Shown here one piece after another: positions 39,301 through 47,437 of a stretch of DNA of 64,000 nt. The stretch is taken from contig CAYYVQ010000002.1 in the NCBI GenBank assembly GCA_964475205.1, positions 9,965 to 73,964 on the forward strand, written 5' to 3'. The notes under the pieces were generated by a model that saw only the letters and a program-made list of their open reading frames with translations, was not told the origin of the DNA and ran no database searches. The translations under genes were made by a program, and so were the position numbers. The DNA is from an uncultured Victivallales bacterium. GTDB lineage: Bacteria > Verrucomicrobiota > Kiritimatiellia > UBA8416 > CAYSRM01. The stretch's first letter is position 1. Every line of letters begins with the position of its first letter.

Positions 39301-41646
39301 GTCCTCGGATCGAAGCCGGGAGAGGTATGGCTGAATGAGGTTAACTATGCCAACAATGGTTTTGAAACTACCAACGAATATATTGAGATCGTCGGCAGGG
39401 AGGGAATAGATGTTGACGACTGGGAAGTCGAGCTGGTTACTACTGCAGATATAACTTATGACAGCGCCGTACTCACAAACGGATCTCCTTTTGCCAACAC
39501 AACAAATGGCTTTGGCTTTATTGTCTATGGCGATCCCGGGGTCAACAATGTCGACCTGGTTTTCGAAACGCCTTCAAATCAGAATATTGAGAAAAACAGC
39601 GGCGCAAGACTCGTTAGAGGCATGGGGGCCCATGCAGATAAAATATGCTGGGGCGACCCTGATACTCTGGATACATTGACATCAAATGGCTACCGATATA
39701 TAGGAGAGAAGACTACTATTTACGCCTTCTCTCCGCTATATGCAACGGGAACCGGCATAGAAAAGTCTGATTTTACAGACTGGGACTTCAATACATCCAG
39801 CGGCTCATGGTACTCGCCGGGTAACGAAAACGAATCACAAACTATGATCGCCTATCAATCAACTCAGACTCTTACAGTGGCATCGGCTTTAGGCACGCCT
39901 TCCCCTGCGACAGGAACCAACGCTTATCCGAGGGGAACTACGTTGACCTGCGCCATGACCGACTCGCCCATAAACATCGGCGTCCTTTCCACCCAGTACC
40001 TGTGCACAGGATGGAGCGGCAGCGGCGATATCCCGACTTCAGGCTCCACCACCAACACCGGAGAGATAATGCTGCTTAGTGACTCGTCCATCACCTGGCA
40101 GTGGGTCACCAACGTCTACCTCGACGTGCAGACAAACGGGAACGGCTCGGTCGATAACACGGGCTGGTTCCAGCAGCATTCGGCCGTGACAGTAACGGCT
40201 ACGGCAGCCGAATATAACGCGTTCACCGGATGGACCGGAGACACCAACGGATGCAACATCTCGTCAAATGTCCTTACAATCGATCAGCTCTCGGAACCCC
40301 GGGGTCCGATTACCGCTAATTTCGAGTCCACTGACCGCACTCTCGACGTGACTTCAACCTATGCCGCGACCAACATCGCGCCACCCCCCGGATCACATGT
40401 CTACCATGACAATGATCCCCTTTCTTGCGTGGTGAGTAACCGTGCGATCTACAAGGGATCAATGGCGACACAGTACCTGGTTACCGGCTGGAGCCCCACC
40501 GGAAGTGTGCCTGAGATGCCAGCTATCGGAACAGAGACAAACTTTGTATGGGAATGCGATGCGGGAGTTGAAACATGGAACGGGAATGATGGCGATGACT
40601 GGGTTACAATCCTGGTTGCCGATGGGGACGAAAAAGGGCTTGGGAACTTCACTCGCGACAGTTTCGCCACCAACGGAATATCTGTTGGCGACGATCGAAT
40701 ACTTGACAATACAACAGTTATGGACTTTGGCGGCAATCTTTACTGGGATGCGTCTGTAGATATTCCGACCGGGCTGAGAGTATACACAGTGGTCTTCAAC
40801 AGCGCTGACATATCTACAGCCACCCATTATATCATCCCTACCAATGCGAACACGTTCTTTACTATTGACGGCAATGATTACGACTGCGGTACGGCCCTTG
40901 CAGGCGAATGGACGCCTCTTGTTGCTCCTGAGACAAACAATACCGCCATAAGCACAGGGCCATTCAATATAACATCGGATTCCAGCATAGACTGGCTCTG
41001 GCAGACAAATCATTACCTGGACATTTCAGTGAGCGGCAGCGGCATCGTAGATGTGGCAAGCGCCTGGTTCAAGTCAACCAGCAACGTAACAATAACAGCC
41101 TATCCTGAGTCAGGCTATACGCTTGATTCCTGGACGGGCAACACAAACGGATGCGTAATAAACAATCTGCAGATTGAAGCGCCAATGACTCTTGCCAGGA
41201 ACATCACGGCCTCTTTTGTTCCGGAATCAAATGACAGAACAGATCAAGGAACGCCGTATTCGTGGCTCGATGATTACTACACGTCCAACTACGATTACTG
41301 GGACACTAACGATTCGGACCTTGACGGAATGGCCGCGTGGATGGAATACGTAACCGGAACCGACCCTACAAATGAACAATCAACATTCCAAATACTGGAA
41401 ATAGGCTACGGCGACGGATCAAACTTTTTAAAGTGGTACGCAACCACCAACAGCGGCGTTTACACACCGTTTGGAATCTACAGGACAACCAATATACTTG
41501 AAGGATGGGGTTCGCCATACATCACAAACGTGGGTCCGCGCGATCCCGACGGGACCGGCACAAACACATGGTGGGATACAAATCCTCCGCCGGCCGATGT
41601 CCCGGTATACTATCGCCCGTACGTCATTTGGACCAACAGCCCATAA
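33376..41646 (+). CDS. giant secreted multi-repeat surface protein (2756 aa) with a lamin-tail-like domain, InlB-B-repeat-like modules and a C-terminal D-x-D-x-D-G / GTDP module
   Basis: The signal peptide is MKTVNDKLTLAKASLVALSFVLYASLPLAAQA. At least six modules carry [LI]xSPxxxxG[IV]G.[IV]SF[WY]Y[RK]NW. VWLNEVNYANNGFETTNEYIEIVGREGIDVDDWEVEL is LTD-like. Three YL[CV]TGWS....I.W modules follow. The C-terminus is GTPYSWLDDYYTSNYDYWDTNDSDLDGMAAWMEYVTGTDPTNEQSTF. Confidence 0.8.
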   Translation: MKTVNDKLTLAKASLVALSFVLYASLPLAAQADMYQDFDQWETPQSFGNYEKNGWQLNDGAAYVAEGNTNGLLNDTGANLRSPYSSNGIGRVTWKTRLWSSGSVTYELQASASPDFTNPIPLATYTCDTSSAWQYFTNDLALYDGLYLRWNKNSSSPWLKFDDVHVRLPPSYVNITNVQTHPVSPIVGTNTFISATVEQQAGASNITASLFYRTDAASSFTEISMSSNGVDSYITDTGILTTTPNLTVEYYIKTDFDGRYTSSTQYYPAGGSSDPSSFVVRALSPYTNISVKGADETNMHLVDNNQWKGVLTTNGLLSDPVFYFESGSGTWGDDNQSVSNLPVYGTAQSGSSNITVEGTVTSHLAFAFDDNSQDYSIQQCEYIDFDNWTVGTTGNYGTYTNSEGWVLDAGRINKNSDNEWDRALRGRYAILKHGYTNQFDREIQYLRSPYMDDGVGTISFWYRNWEKDGSPEAGYLVQKSATGAGDWITVSDSYNTNITSAGYLWTQIGIADRNAHYVRIVNTNESNDSWLCLDEVAVSHPGATVGLTDPWRSAASPLLGESVDVSITTTNVGGGATNLECYVWFRHEDSSAFSQITLSRSNSVFYATIPATPEGEVEYYFECTYEGFNAATIFYPEGGADAPSLLTYTNQQSHGNTRYEDFESWSTPDVFDDYTNAAGWVIHQGAVYDNRGLIGDSSESASLTSPELSNGVSSIYFDLANWQSGENIAEIQTSTNGTTFQPIATITNTEVHGAREYYQIQVDDNKVTHIRVLKTDDKGSHLYIDNVVISYPPADVDITDQFYAPGYPMTNDEVTVSCVITSSNARQSAYNLDPEMHYRSEDSQWTSVGMNHSGSNVYTAVIPANTPGTIQYYIECGFDGYYYGPENQSPAFLPDAPAASERPDTFFSYDVRHHHSDYSHLSITGSVETASMTLIGNDYWQGVVAIDQPTNEIQLALNGHNKWLGSSYSSETDTWGATNQIRYEPPIQTEANQAGDSILVRDNFTGTNQVVVRYDLATGTYLIFRAAYQDFNEWNLASTEYFDQSLSESTISSTTNTFDHWPVDSVDPDPEKPDTMIEDMESWTVGAYYDDSGRSDMSANGWYCQAAEIIGDPYGGEDKALRFDPTDEHIYTQGKIWPHRATLTKGLDTFQFKYYWSLSKDNNPAYYNLGSNLDNYQITASITGPETSPRPSYSALARYQDTDNYYEFRLRSRDTDNSDTILELYRHNNGAAERLDATADNNNNLRNRTQNIKFSVCTNNGGRAYIRFESNGEAKLFHDTDTSSVLASPGSFGFLCNGADIRIDNIEVRHQHRQHFDNWLDDPTGWVVTNGYVHSNYDDCRLPGNNDARLTTPYLGYDVGTLSFYYKKYNNDGACEVYVYGSNNASDWTVITNWSTTSSGSYKTLTDGLTGYNYFQIRNETTNSAGLEIDNVVITEDDDFYTNPFDTAASTSDWTDVTGDIWYYDSTNQTYNRPGEVGPPIDFVVQKGYTNESFTYAPTSWIDVATITATNMKYQTANVEFEYWDELFVRIKHDDGQASLVLDDLKLTKWRGTDSYTDTNNWKATGIWVSEHSPEDRCIELWRSKISPDKPQYVRSPLMEGIGSVTFLQKVANGPAEFQIEIASEDAPDTFVPQATVTVTNEDWQTYTYMIQTNDNFYARIRHTTTNRNTVLYIDDMEISDYAERDSRTWEAYNALITPNEDSREFEPYSGYRTAYLNNNPTNGTASGDNFDRDRPYIQSPRMPNGIGEISFWYRNWETDGLPAGTFHIMSSPTDGGTFDEWTQITTVSNLTNTDYRYFSTNHYNADHRYVRVYSETNSGCSRLAIDNLLIGHPLAADFSVTNLTTIPEVPLYSSSVDLSVDLYNFILQPQNIQVRAYYNIGSNNWAQWENWNTNNYIDLDLTSSSPAQRTYQSSGASIPQLPVNTVVQYYLEFTFDGPNSDKTSPKTYAAFSNPDYYDPIDLNDGHSVTNPYYFVLGSKPGEVWLNEVNYANNGFETTNEYIEIVGREGIDVDDWEVELVTTADITYDSAVLTNGSPFANTTNGFGFIVYGDPGVNNVDLVFETPSNQNIEKNSGARLVRGMGAHADKICWGDPDTLDTLTSNGYRYIGEKTTIYAFSPLYATGTGIEKSDFTDWDFNTSSGSWYSPGNENESQTMIAYQSTQTLTVASALGTPSPATGTNAYPRGTTLTCAMTDSPINIGVLSTQYLCTGWSGSGDIPTSGSTTNTGEIMLLSDSSITWQWVTNVYLDVQTNGNGSVDNTGWFQQHSAVTVTATAAEYNAFTGWTGDTNGCNISSNVLTIDQLSEPRGPITANFESTDRTLDVTSTYAATNIAPPPGSHVYHDNDPLSCVVSNRAIYKGSMATQYLVTGWSPTGSVPEMPAIGTETNFVWECDAGVETWNGNDGDDWVTILVADGDEKGLGNFTRDSFATNGISVGDDRILDNTTVMDFGGNLYWDASVDIPTGLRVYTVVFNSADISTATHYIIPTNANTFFTIDGNDYDCGTALAGEWTPLVAPETNNTAISTGPFNITSDSSIDWLWQTNHYLDISVSGSGIVDVASAWFKSTSNVTITAYPESGYTLDSWTGNTNGCVINNLQIEAPMTLARNITASFVPESNDRTDQGTPYSWLDDYYTSNYDYWDTNDSDLDGMAAWMEYVTGTDPTNEQSTFQILEIGYGDGSNFLKWYATTNSGVYTPFGIYRTTNILEGWGSPYITNVGPRDPDGTGTNTWWDTNPPPADVPVYYRPYVIWTNSP

Positions 41647-41718
41647 AAAGGTATTGTGGAGGCACAAGCTCCACGAGTCCGCAATCTAAAGAAACAAACT
41701 GCCGCCCCAGACGCACCC

Positions 41719-43887
41719 CTACTCTCTGAGCACATCAAAATACCTGAGGAAATATCGATGCTTGCCCCCGGCATCAGGCCATGGATCGCGCCATACAACC
41801 GCAACTGCCCGGGCCCTGGCGCGCACACTTCCGTAATGACCTTCTCGCAGCCCGCCCACAGGTTCGGCATAAGAATCAGCGGCAAGTATTATGGTAAAGA
41901 TATTCTGACGTGTAGTCAGCAGCTCCACAGAATTCCTGATCGGAGCTTCTCTGTCAATTTCGTCTCCGCTTACCGAGTCGCCCCAATCTAAACGGCCAAG
42001 TTCAGACACATTTGTGTACGGGCCATTGCTCCAGATTTCATTCGCAATTTCTTCTGCGACCCCCTGATCAATCTGTCGGTCAGGCAGTGGAAATACGGGA
42101 TCGTACTCCTTAAGCGGAACATACGTGAAAACCGCCGCAAGCGCGTTAGTATTGAAAGAGTTAATGTTGACCAGGCCTTTTTGAAAGCCTTTTTCCCTCG
42201 TTGTGAACCAGTCAAGCACGTGGTCGTAATCCGACCATTCGGCATGCTTGTATAACCCAATGGTATGCCATGGCCTGTCAAGGCATATATATCCCAGTTC
42301 ACCAACGGTCTGCAGGTTCGTGTTCGCAATATGCAACGCAGTGTCACCATCAGCCTTCGGGTCATAAGCCGCCTCGTCGGAATCAAAAACCGCTAAGGTA
42401 ACGGTATTGTCTTTACCTATTGTCGGCTTATCCACGCCATAAAACATCTTAATGGTCTTACCCGGAATCCAACTTGCAACATTGTCCGCGCTACCGTTAA
42501 AGCGCGGATCCACACACTCAAACCAGTTGGTTATTGTGAAATGATCTCCAGCGGAAACTTCTCTATCCACTTCAAAAACAAAACCCGCACTCCCTGAAAA
42601 GTCCGGATATGGCACCTGGTCAACAAGGTTTGATGAAGAAGTACTCTCTTTTAACCTTATTTTCAGTTCCGCGGTAAAATTCAGATCAAAATCGTTTGTG
42701 TCCACGTTTCCATTCTTGTCTTCCCCGTAAATATCCCTTCTATTGTATTGTTCGCTGGCGCCAAACGTCTCGGCGCCGCTCATGTCGTCAGGAATCAATT
42801 CGTCATGCGTATTGGCGTCTTTTTTTTCAAAACTCAATTCATACTCAAGACTATACGACTCCCCCGAGAATTCCCTGAAAGGATACATACACTCAAGTTG
42901 CATAACGGGCTCAAACCCGTGTGGCATTGAATATTGCCCGTTGGTTTCTACATGTAGCGTATAGCAGAAAACCACTTCATTGAGCATTGGAGCCATGTCA
43001 ACGTGTCCATCGGCAAGATTAGTAGGAACCAGATCTTCATCTATGTAGTCAAGTAAATTTGAATACGCAAGGCCCGCGTCATAGTCAGCCCTCATGGTAC
43101 ATTCCTCAAAGGCGCTGAGTATATCCTCCTCCGACCATTCGCTCCTGTTTGTGCCTATATAAACCTGAGAACGAAGATTCGTCCCATTGTGCAGAAACTC
43201 GCCGACCGGACTCAGCGAAAACGTGAATAAATCCTTAACGTTGGTGGCGCTAAGAAAACCTTCGGCATCGCCAAAGGCGGTAAGCTCTCTGAAAGTCTCG
43301 AACGGGTAGTTGTCACGCTCGTTAAGCAGGGCAGCAGCATCCCTCACCCCGTCAATTCCGTCAATCTGTATTTCCGCCGGAGACACCCCCCTTAGCCTGT
43401 CGAGGCCTCCAGCATGGTTGATGTCGATCCATCCTGAACAATCCGCGGCCACAAAAGAGTAGCGTCCCACAATAGTCCCTTCAGAATTTTCAATTGTGTG
43501 CCAGTAGGCCGGCGTCGACATGACATTATCCGCAAGATCGTCCGGCAGAAACTCAAGGGCTTTTCTGGTCAGCAGCCTGGCCCTAGTGTCTTCGTTCGTA
43601 AAGACGCCCTCTCCGCGCGATCCAAGAACTGCATCAGGCGGAAATATTTTAAAAGAATTAGACGTCACCATCTGCCCGTTAATGTCTTCCATTGCGCGCC
43701 CAAGCGCGGCAAACAACATGTGCCTGGATTGCATCGAGTTCCTGAAGCTCGCGGCGCCCTGCCGTTCGACCCGCATTGAGATCGAGAACGCCATAGCCGC
43801 GATCATCAATACCGCAAGCAGCCCCAGCACCATGATTATGGCTACTCCACGTCTGTCATTAATCCAGATTGTTCTTTCTTTTTCCAT
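41719..43887 (-). CDS. gspK: GspK-like minor pseudopilin, unusually large (~720 aa)
   Basis: The N-terminus RRGVAIIMVLGLLAVLMIAAMAFS is the GspK-type uncleaved hydrophobic leader. It is the last gene of the pseudopilin operon. The start is taken at MEKERTIW. Confidence 0.6.
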   Translation of the reverse strand: MEKERTIWINDRRGVAIIMVLGLLAVLMIAAMAFSISMRVERQGAASFRNSMQSRHMLFAALGRAMEDINGQMVTSNSFKIFPPDAVLGSRGEGVFTNEDTRARLLTRKALEFLPDDLADNVMSTPAYWHTIENSEGTIVGRYSFVAADCSGWIDINHAGGLDRLRGVSPAEIQIDGIDGVRDAAALLNERDNYPFETFRELTAFGDAEGFLSATNVKDLFTFSLSPVGEFLHNGTNLRSQVYIGTNRSEWSEEDILSAFEECTMRADYDAGLAYSNLLDYIDEDLVPTNLADGHVDMAPMLNEVVFCYTLHVETNGQYSMPHGFEPVMQLECMYPFREFSGESYSLEYELSFEKKDANTHDELIPDDMSGAETFGASEQYNRRDIYGEDKNGNVDTNDFDLNFTAELKIRLKESTSSSNLVDQVPYPDFSGSAGFVFEVDREVSAGDHFTITNWFECVDPRFNGSADNVASWIPGKTIKMFYGVDKPTIGKDNTVTLAVFDSDEAAYDPKADGDTALHIANTNLQTVGELGYICLDRPWHTIGLYKHAEWSDYDHVLDWFTTREKGFQKGLVNINSFNTNALAAVFTYVPLKEYDPVFPLPDRQIDQGVAEEIANEIWSNGPYTNVSELGRLDWGDSVSGDEIDREAPIRNSVELLTTRQNIFTIILAADSYAEPVGGLREGHYGSVRARARAVAVVWRDPWPDAGGKHRYFLRYFDVLRE

Positions 43888-44169
43888 CTCATTTACGTCT
43901 TTCAAAACGTTTCTCGAGCCGATCCAATCAGCCCGCCTCGCCTTTCCACACAAACTGATGTGTTTCCTGCTATATCTCCGTCATCCGTGTCAATTAGCGT
44001 CTATTAGCGGTTCCTCTTTCCAGGGCGGCAGCAGGTTGACACAACCTGCTGTACTCCAACGTACAGCGGGTTATCACGTAACCTGCTGCCCAACCATAAC
44101 CCGCGTTACCCAGCATATAACCCATACCCCGACGTCCAACTTGTCACAACGCAGGCCCGCCAAAGCGCA

Positions 44170-44652
44170 TCAGTCATATTTGTACCGGTTCCTGTTAGGA
44201 AACCAGACAGTCGTCTCAAAATATTCAGGCTCCGGCGCATCCGGCGCATCCGGCTCGGCAAATCTAACCCGATAAACATTTCCCCAGGGATCCTTGTAGC
44301 CGTCTTCCCATTTCGGTGTGTCAATATCAAGAAATTTCAGTTCCCTTGGATTCTCCGATGTGTCATCCCCCTGCAGGATAGCCATTCTCTGCTCGGTCAT
44401 GGCATAATACTGGTCTCCGGAAACAAAAGAAGGCCACTTTTCGTAAGTAATCCGATACGCTTTCCAGGCCTTCGCCAACTCTCGAACTTCCGATTTGGCG
44501 CTGTCTATGTGCGCCCTCTGCCTGGCGGATCTGGCGGCAACAAACATAAGGCCGGATAATATCATGATAATCGCCAGCACCGCCAGCATCTCAAGCAGCG
44601 TAAAGCCATGTCGCCGGGTTTCTGTGCCGGCAAAATCCGGATCTGAATACAT
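44170..44652 (-). CDS. GspG-family pseudopilin paralogue
   Basis: HGFTLLEMLAVLAIIMILSGL is the prepilin motif and DPWGNVYRV is GspG-type. The start is taken at MYSDPDFAG. Confidence 0.65.
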   Translation of the reverse strand: MYSDPDFAGTETRRHGFTLLEMLAVLAIIMILSGLMFVAARSARQRAHIDSAKSEVRELAKAWKAYRITYEKWPSFVSGDQYYAMTEQRMAILQGDDTSENPRELKFLDIDTPKWEDGYKDPWGNVYRVRFAEPDAPDAPEPEYFETTVWFPNRNRYKYD

Positions 44653-44656
44653 ATTT

Positions 44657-45229
44657 TTACCATGACCTGATGTCATCATCTTCTCCATCGTCGTCCTCGC
44701 CGTCCGGCCCATACGAAAGAACCCCGAGCCCTGAAATCGTGTCTTCACGCTCAAGTTCAAGGCGCACATTCAGATATTCCGGCAGTGCATCGGAAGCGCC
44801 ATCGCTTCTTATGAACTTCAAGGCCCTTATGCCTTCAACAAGCGTCGAGTGGCCAGAACCGGGCAAATTCATAGTCACCGTATCACCGCTCTGTTCAATG
44901 CTTACCACCTGCGCGGCCCTGTTGCTTCCCTCCATATCCAGAACCACAAACTCTACTGAACTGCCGTTATCCGGAATGGATGTCTCACCATGCCCCTCAT
45001 AACCGTCAGGCGGATTTACCGCCCTCGACATCCACGTGGAAATGATGCCGAGCGCGGCACGGGCGGCCATGGCAGACTCCGATTTCCTGCTTCCCGCGTC
45101 CCAGGCAATCGTGGACTGGTGAAAAACAGCGCTGATAATCATAACGATAAGCACAAGGATTACAGTTGCGCTCATCACTTCGATAAGCGTGAAACCGCTC
45201 TTTTGTCTGTCCGGCATTGCAATTTTCAC
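44657..45229 (-). CDS. gspJ: GspJ-like minor pseudopilin
   Basis: SGFTLIEVMSATVILVLIVMIISAVF is the prepilin motif. The position after the gspI-like gene fits, and the C-terminus is acidic. Confidence 0.55.
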   Translation of the reverse strand: MKIAMPDRQKSGFTLIEVMSATVILVLIVMIISAVFHQSTIAWDAGSRKSESAMAARAALGIISTWMSRAVNPPDGYEGHGETSIPDNGSSVEFVVLDMEGSNRAAQVVSIEQSGDTVTMNLPGSGHSTLVEGIRALKFIRSDGASDALPEYLNVRLELEREDTISGLGVLSYGPDGEDDDGEDDDIRSW

Positions 45230-45244
45230 AAATGGTTCTCCACG

Positions 45245-45727
45245 TCACATTCCCACGAAGGTCATCTCCGTCAAATACTCCTCCACAGCTTCTTCAAAGT
45301 CGCCAAGCTGCCCCCTCGCCACACGGACCCGGCACTGCTTTCTGCTCTCGTCTTCAGTGGAACTGATGGTTATCTCGTACCTGATCCAGTTATCTGCGGC
45401 GTCCTCGGGAAAATTCACCCCTCCTCCGACTGCGGTGTTAGTCCAACCCTCGGTTTCAAGGGGATAAAGGTCTTTGTCCAGCATTGCTTTAAACCCAGCG
45501 CTGTCAACCCAGTCGCTCCAGTTACTGACCGTCGACGCTTTGCCCTGGAATGAATTGAGTATATGATCGGCGAACATAGCCTCGTAAGTGTCGGAAACAT
45601 TCTGTTTTGATTCCTGCAGTCCCAGGGGAAAAAGAGACATAAGCCCGAACAGGCCTACCGCCAGAAGCAGAATGGCAAGATTCACTTCTATTAAACTAAA
45701 CGCGGATTTTTGCAAACCTGATTTCAT
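45245..45727 (-). CDS. gspI: GspI-like minor pseudopilin
   Basis: KSAFSLIEVNLAILLLAVGLFGLMSLF is the prepilin motif. The protein is short and sits between the H-like and J-like genes. The start is taken at MKSGLQ. Confidence 0.5.
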   Translation of the reverse strand: MKSGLQKSAFSLIEVNLAILLLAVGLFGLMSLFPLGLQESKQNVSDTYEAMFADHILNSFQGKASTVSNWSDWVDSAGFKAMLDKDLYPLETEGWTNTAVGGGVNFPEDAADNWIRYEITISSTEDESRKQCRVRVARGQLGDFEEAVEEYLTEMTFVGM

Positions 45728-45746
45728 TTGTCTATTGCCGTCCATT

Positions 45747-46430
45747 TTACGGATCCATAACGATTTTCGCGAACCCCTGAGCATCTACTTCAACCTCGAA
45801 CAGATCTATCTCGGAAGCCCCGCGGGTATCTTTAACAACAACACTGCCGCGCGTAGCCGTGCCGTCGCTATAAAACTCAAAACGATCATTATCCGGTGTC
45901 TCAGACCACTGAAGACCTTCCGGCAACCTGTTGACCGGTCTGACTTCCCACCCGTACTCGTTGTGGCTGCCGCTCCATATATTGTCGCTTGTTTCCATTA
46001 CTATCTCGAAATTATCGTTTGTGTAGGTTCTCGTTACGATAGTAGACTCGCCGTTCTCCAGGTTATAAATCTTTGCAGTCTGTCCGGAGTTAAGCTCCAG
46101 GCTGCCGAACCTGTCACTGAGCCCTCCGGCCTCGGCCTTTCCGACGCCCTCACTCGAACATGTAACATAAAAACATGTATTTGATTCCTCTTTCAACAAA
46201 ACCACTGTTTTACGTCCTTCAAGCATGGCGGCCTGCCGCGCAAAACGCAGGGTCGACCGCAGGTGATGGGCAGAGCTGCTCCCACGGATTCCTTTTGTCA
46301 AACTGAAATACGATGCCATGCCGATCCCCGCCATAATGATAACTATGCCCATTACGGTCAGCAGCTCGATTAAAGTAAATCCGCTGCCCGCCTTTATCGG
46401 CCTGCATGAATCAACTTGAAACTTCATCAA
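45747..46430 (-). CDS. gspH: GspH/FimT-like minor pseudopilin
   Basis: GSGFTLIELLTVMGIVIIMAGIG...LRFARQAAMLEGR is the prepilin motif plus the GspH-type Arg/Ala helix. Confidence 0.55.
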   Translation of the reverse strand: MMKFQVDSCRPIKAGSGFTLIELLTVMGIVIIMAGIGMASYFSLTKGIRGSSSAHHLRSTLRFARQAAMLEGRKTVVLLKEESNTCFYVTCSSEGVGKAEAGGLSDRFGSLELNSGQTAKIYNLENGESTIVTRTYTNDNFEIVMETSDNIWSGSHNEYGWEVRPVNRLPEGLQWSETPDNDRFEFYSDGTATRGSVVVKDTRGASEIDLFEVEVDAQGFAKIVMDP

Positions 46431-46915
46431 TAAGTCTGGCCTTTTTCAACAGTGGAGTTTGTGACAGTAACACTGTCATTTTCGCAGTTTATGATTATGG
46501 TGTACGCATCGCCCCATGGATCGACAATAGCGTCGTCTTCAAGCCTGTATTCGTCCCAGTTAACAAAACGCACCTTCCGCGGATTATAACCACCGCTATC
46601 CGATGACAGGTCGTCAATGATCTCCTTATGCCCTGTATCGCCGTCATTTGTATGCACACCCGTGAATTGATCCGTTTGCAGCCCGGGCCACCTGTCATAT
46701 TCATGGCGATAGTTATATATTGCCAGAGCAAGCGTATGCACGTCTGCCTGGGCTTTACGGCGTTGCGCGGCTCTGCGCGATCTGCTGAAAGCAACCGTCA
46801 GCAAACCGAACAGCATGCCGATGATAACAACAACCATCAACAACTCGATCAGCGTAAAGCCCTTTCGAGCCGACCGCGATTCGGGATTTATCATGCCTGT
46901 ACAACCGGTTTTCAT
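46427..46915 (-). CDS. gspG: GspG-family major pseudopilin
   Basis: KGFTLIELLMVVVIIGMLFGL...LALAIYNYRHEYDRWPG...DPWGDAY are the GspG hallmarks. Confidence 0.7.
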   Translation of the reverse strand: MKTGCTGMINPESRSARKGFTLIELLMVVVIIGMLFGLLTVAFSRSRRAAQRRKAQADVHTLALAIYNYRHEYDRWPGLQTDQFTGVHTNDGDTGHKEIIDDLSSDSGGYNPRKVRFVNWDEYRLEDDAIVDPWGDAYTIIINCENDSVTVTNSTVEKGQTY

Positions 46916-47437
46916 CTATTTATCCCAGCTCTTTATGTCGTCCCCTGTGTTTTCAGTCCGGTCAGGGCCCTTTGACCATATTGCAACATACTTATCCACG
47001 TCCCCGTGCGGAGCGCTTACCTCTCCATCAAGATCCGTATCAAGCCTTATTGACAAGAGTTCGCCCCACGGATCGCGCAGTCCTGATGTAGCGGAGTTTG
47101 TTCCCTGCTCCTCGATAGTGAAATCCACATATTCCTCTATGTATCCAATCGCATTGGTGTCCATCTCGGTTAATGTTTCAGAGGGAAACTCCTGGTTCTC
47201 CGTCAGGTAATAATTCCACGCTGTATCAAGCTGGCTTATCATCTGCCTGCACGCCACTTTTTTGCCCTGCTCAGGCGTTTTGCGGATCGCGCCAAGCAAC
47301 AGCCCGGCCAGGGTGGCGATAATTGCGATAACAACAAGAAGCTCTATCAGCGTAAAACCAAACCCTTTCAAGGGAGCAGTCCTCCGCCTTTCTTCCAGTC
47401 CTTTTTTTTCACGCATAAAAATATTGTCCTTGAACAC
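46916..47437 (-). CDS. GspG-family pseudopilin paralogue
   Basis: GFGFTLIELLVVIAIIATLAGLL and DPWGELL are present. Confidence 0.65.
   Translation of the reverse strand: MFKDNIFMREKKGLEERRRTAPLKGFGFTLIELLVVIAIIATLAGLLLGAIRKTPEQGKKVACRQMISQLDTAWNYYLTENQEFPSETLTEMDTNAIGYIEEYVDFTIEEQGTNSATSGLRDPWGELLSIRLDTDLDGEVSAPHGDVDKYVAIWSKGPDRTENTGDDIKSWDK

Noticed and set aside
34346-41013. Numerous 60-190-aa ORFs on both strands inside the 2756-aa gene
   Set aside because: They are all nested within a continuous 8.3-kb reading frame with clear repeat-domain structure and have no independent support.
41650-41700. Short hairpin gtggag-gcacaag-ctccac between the convergent giant gene and gspK-like gene
   Set aside because: It has only a 6-bp stem and no U-tract, so it is too weak to call as a terminator.
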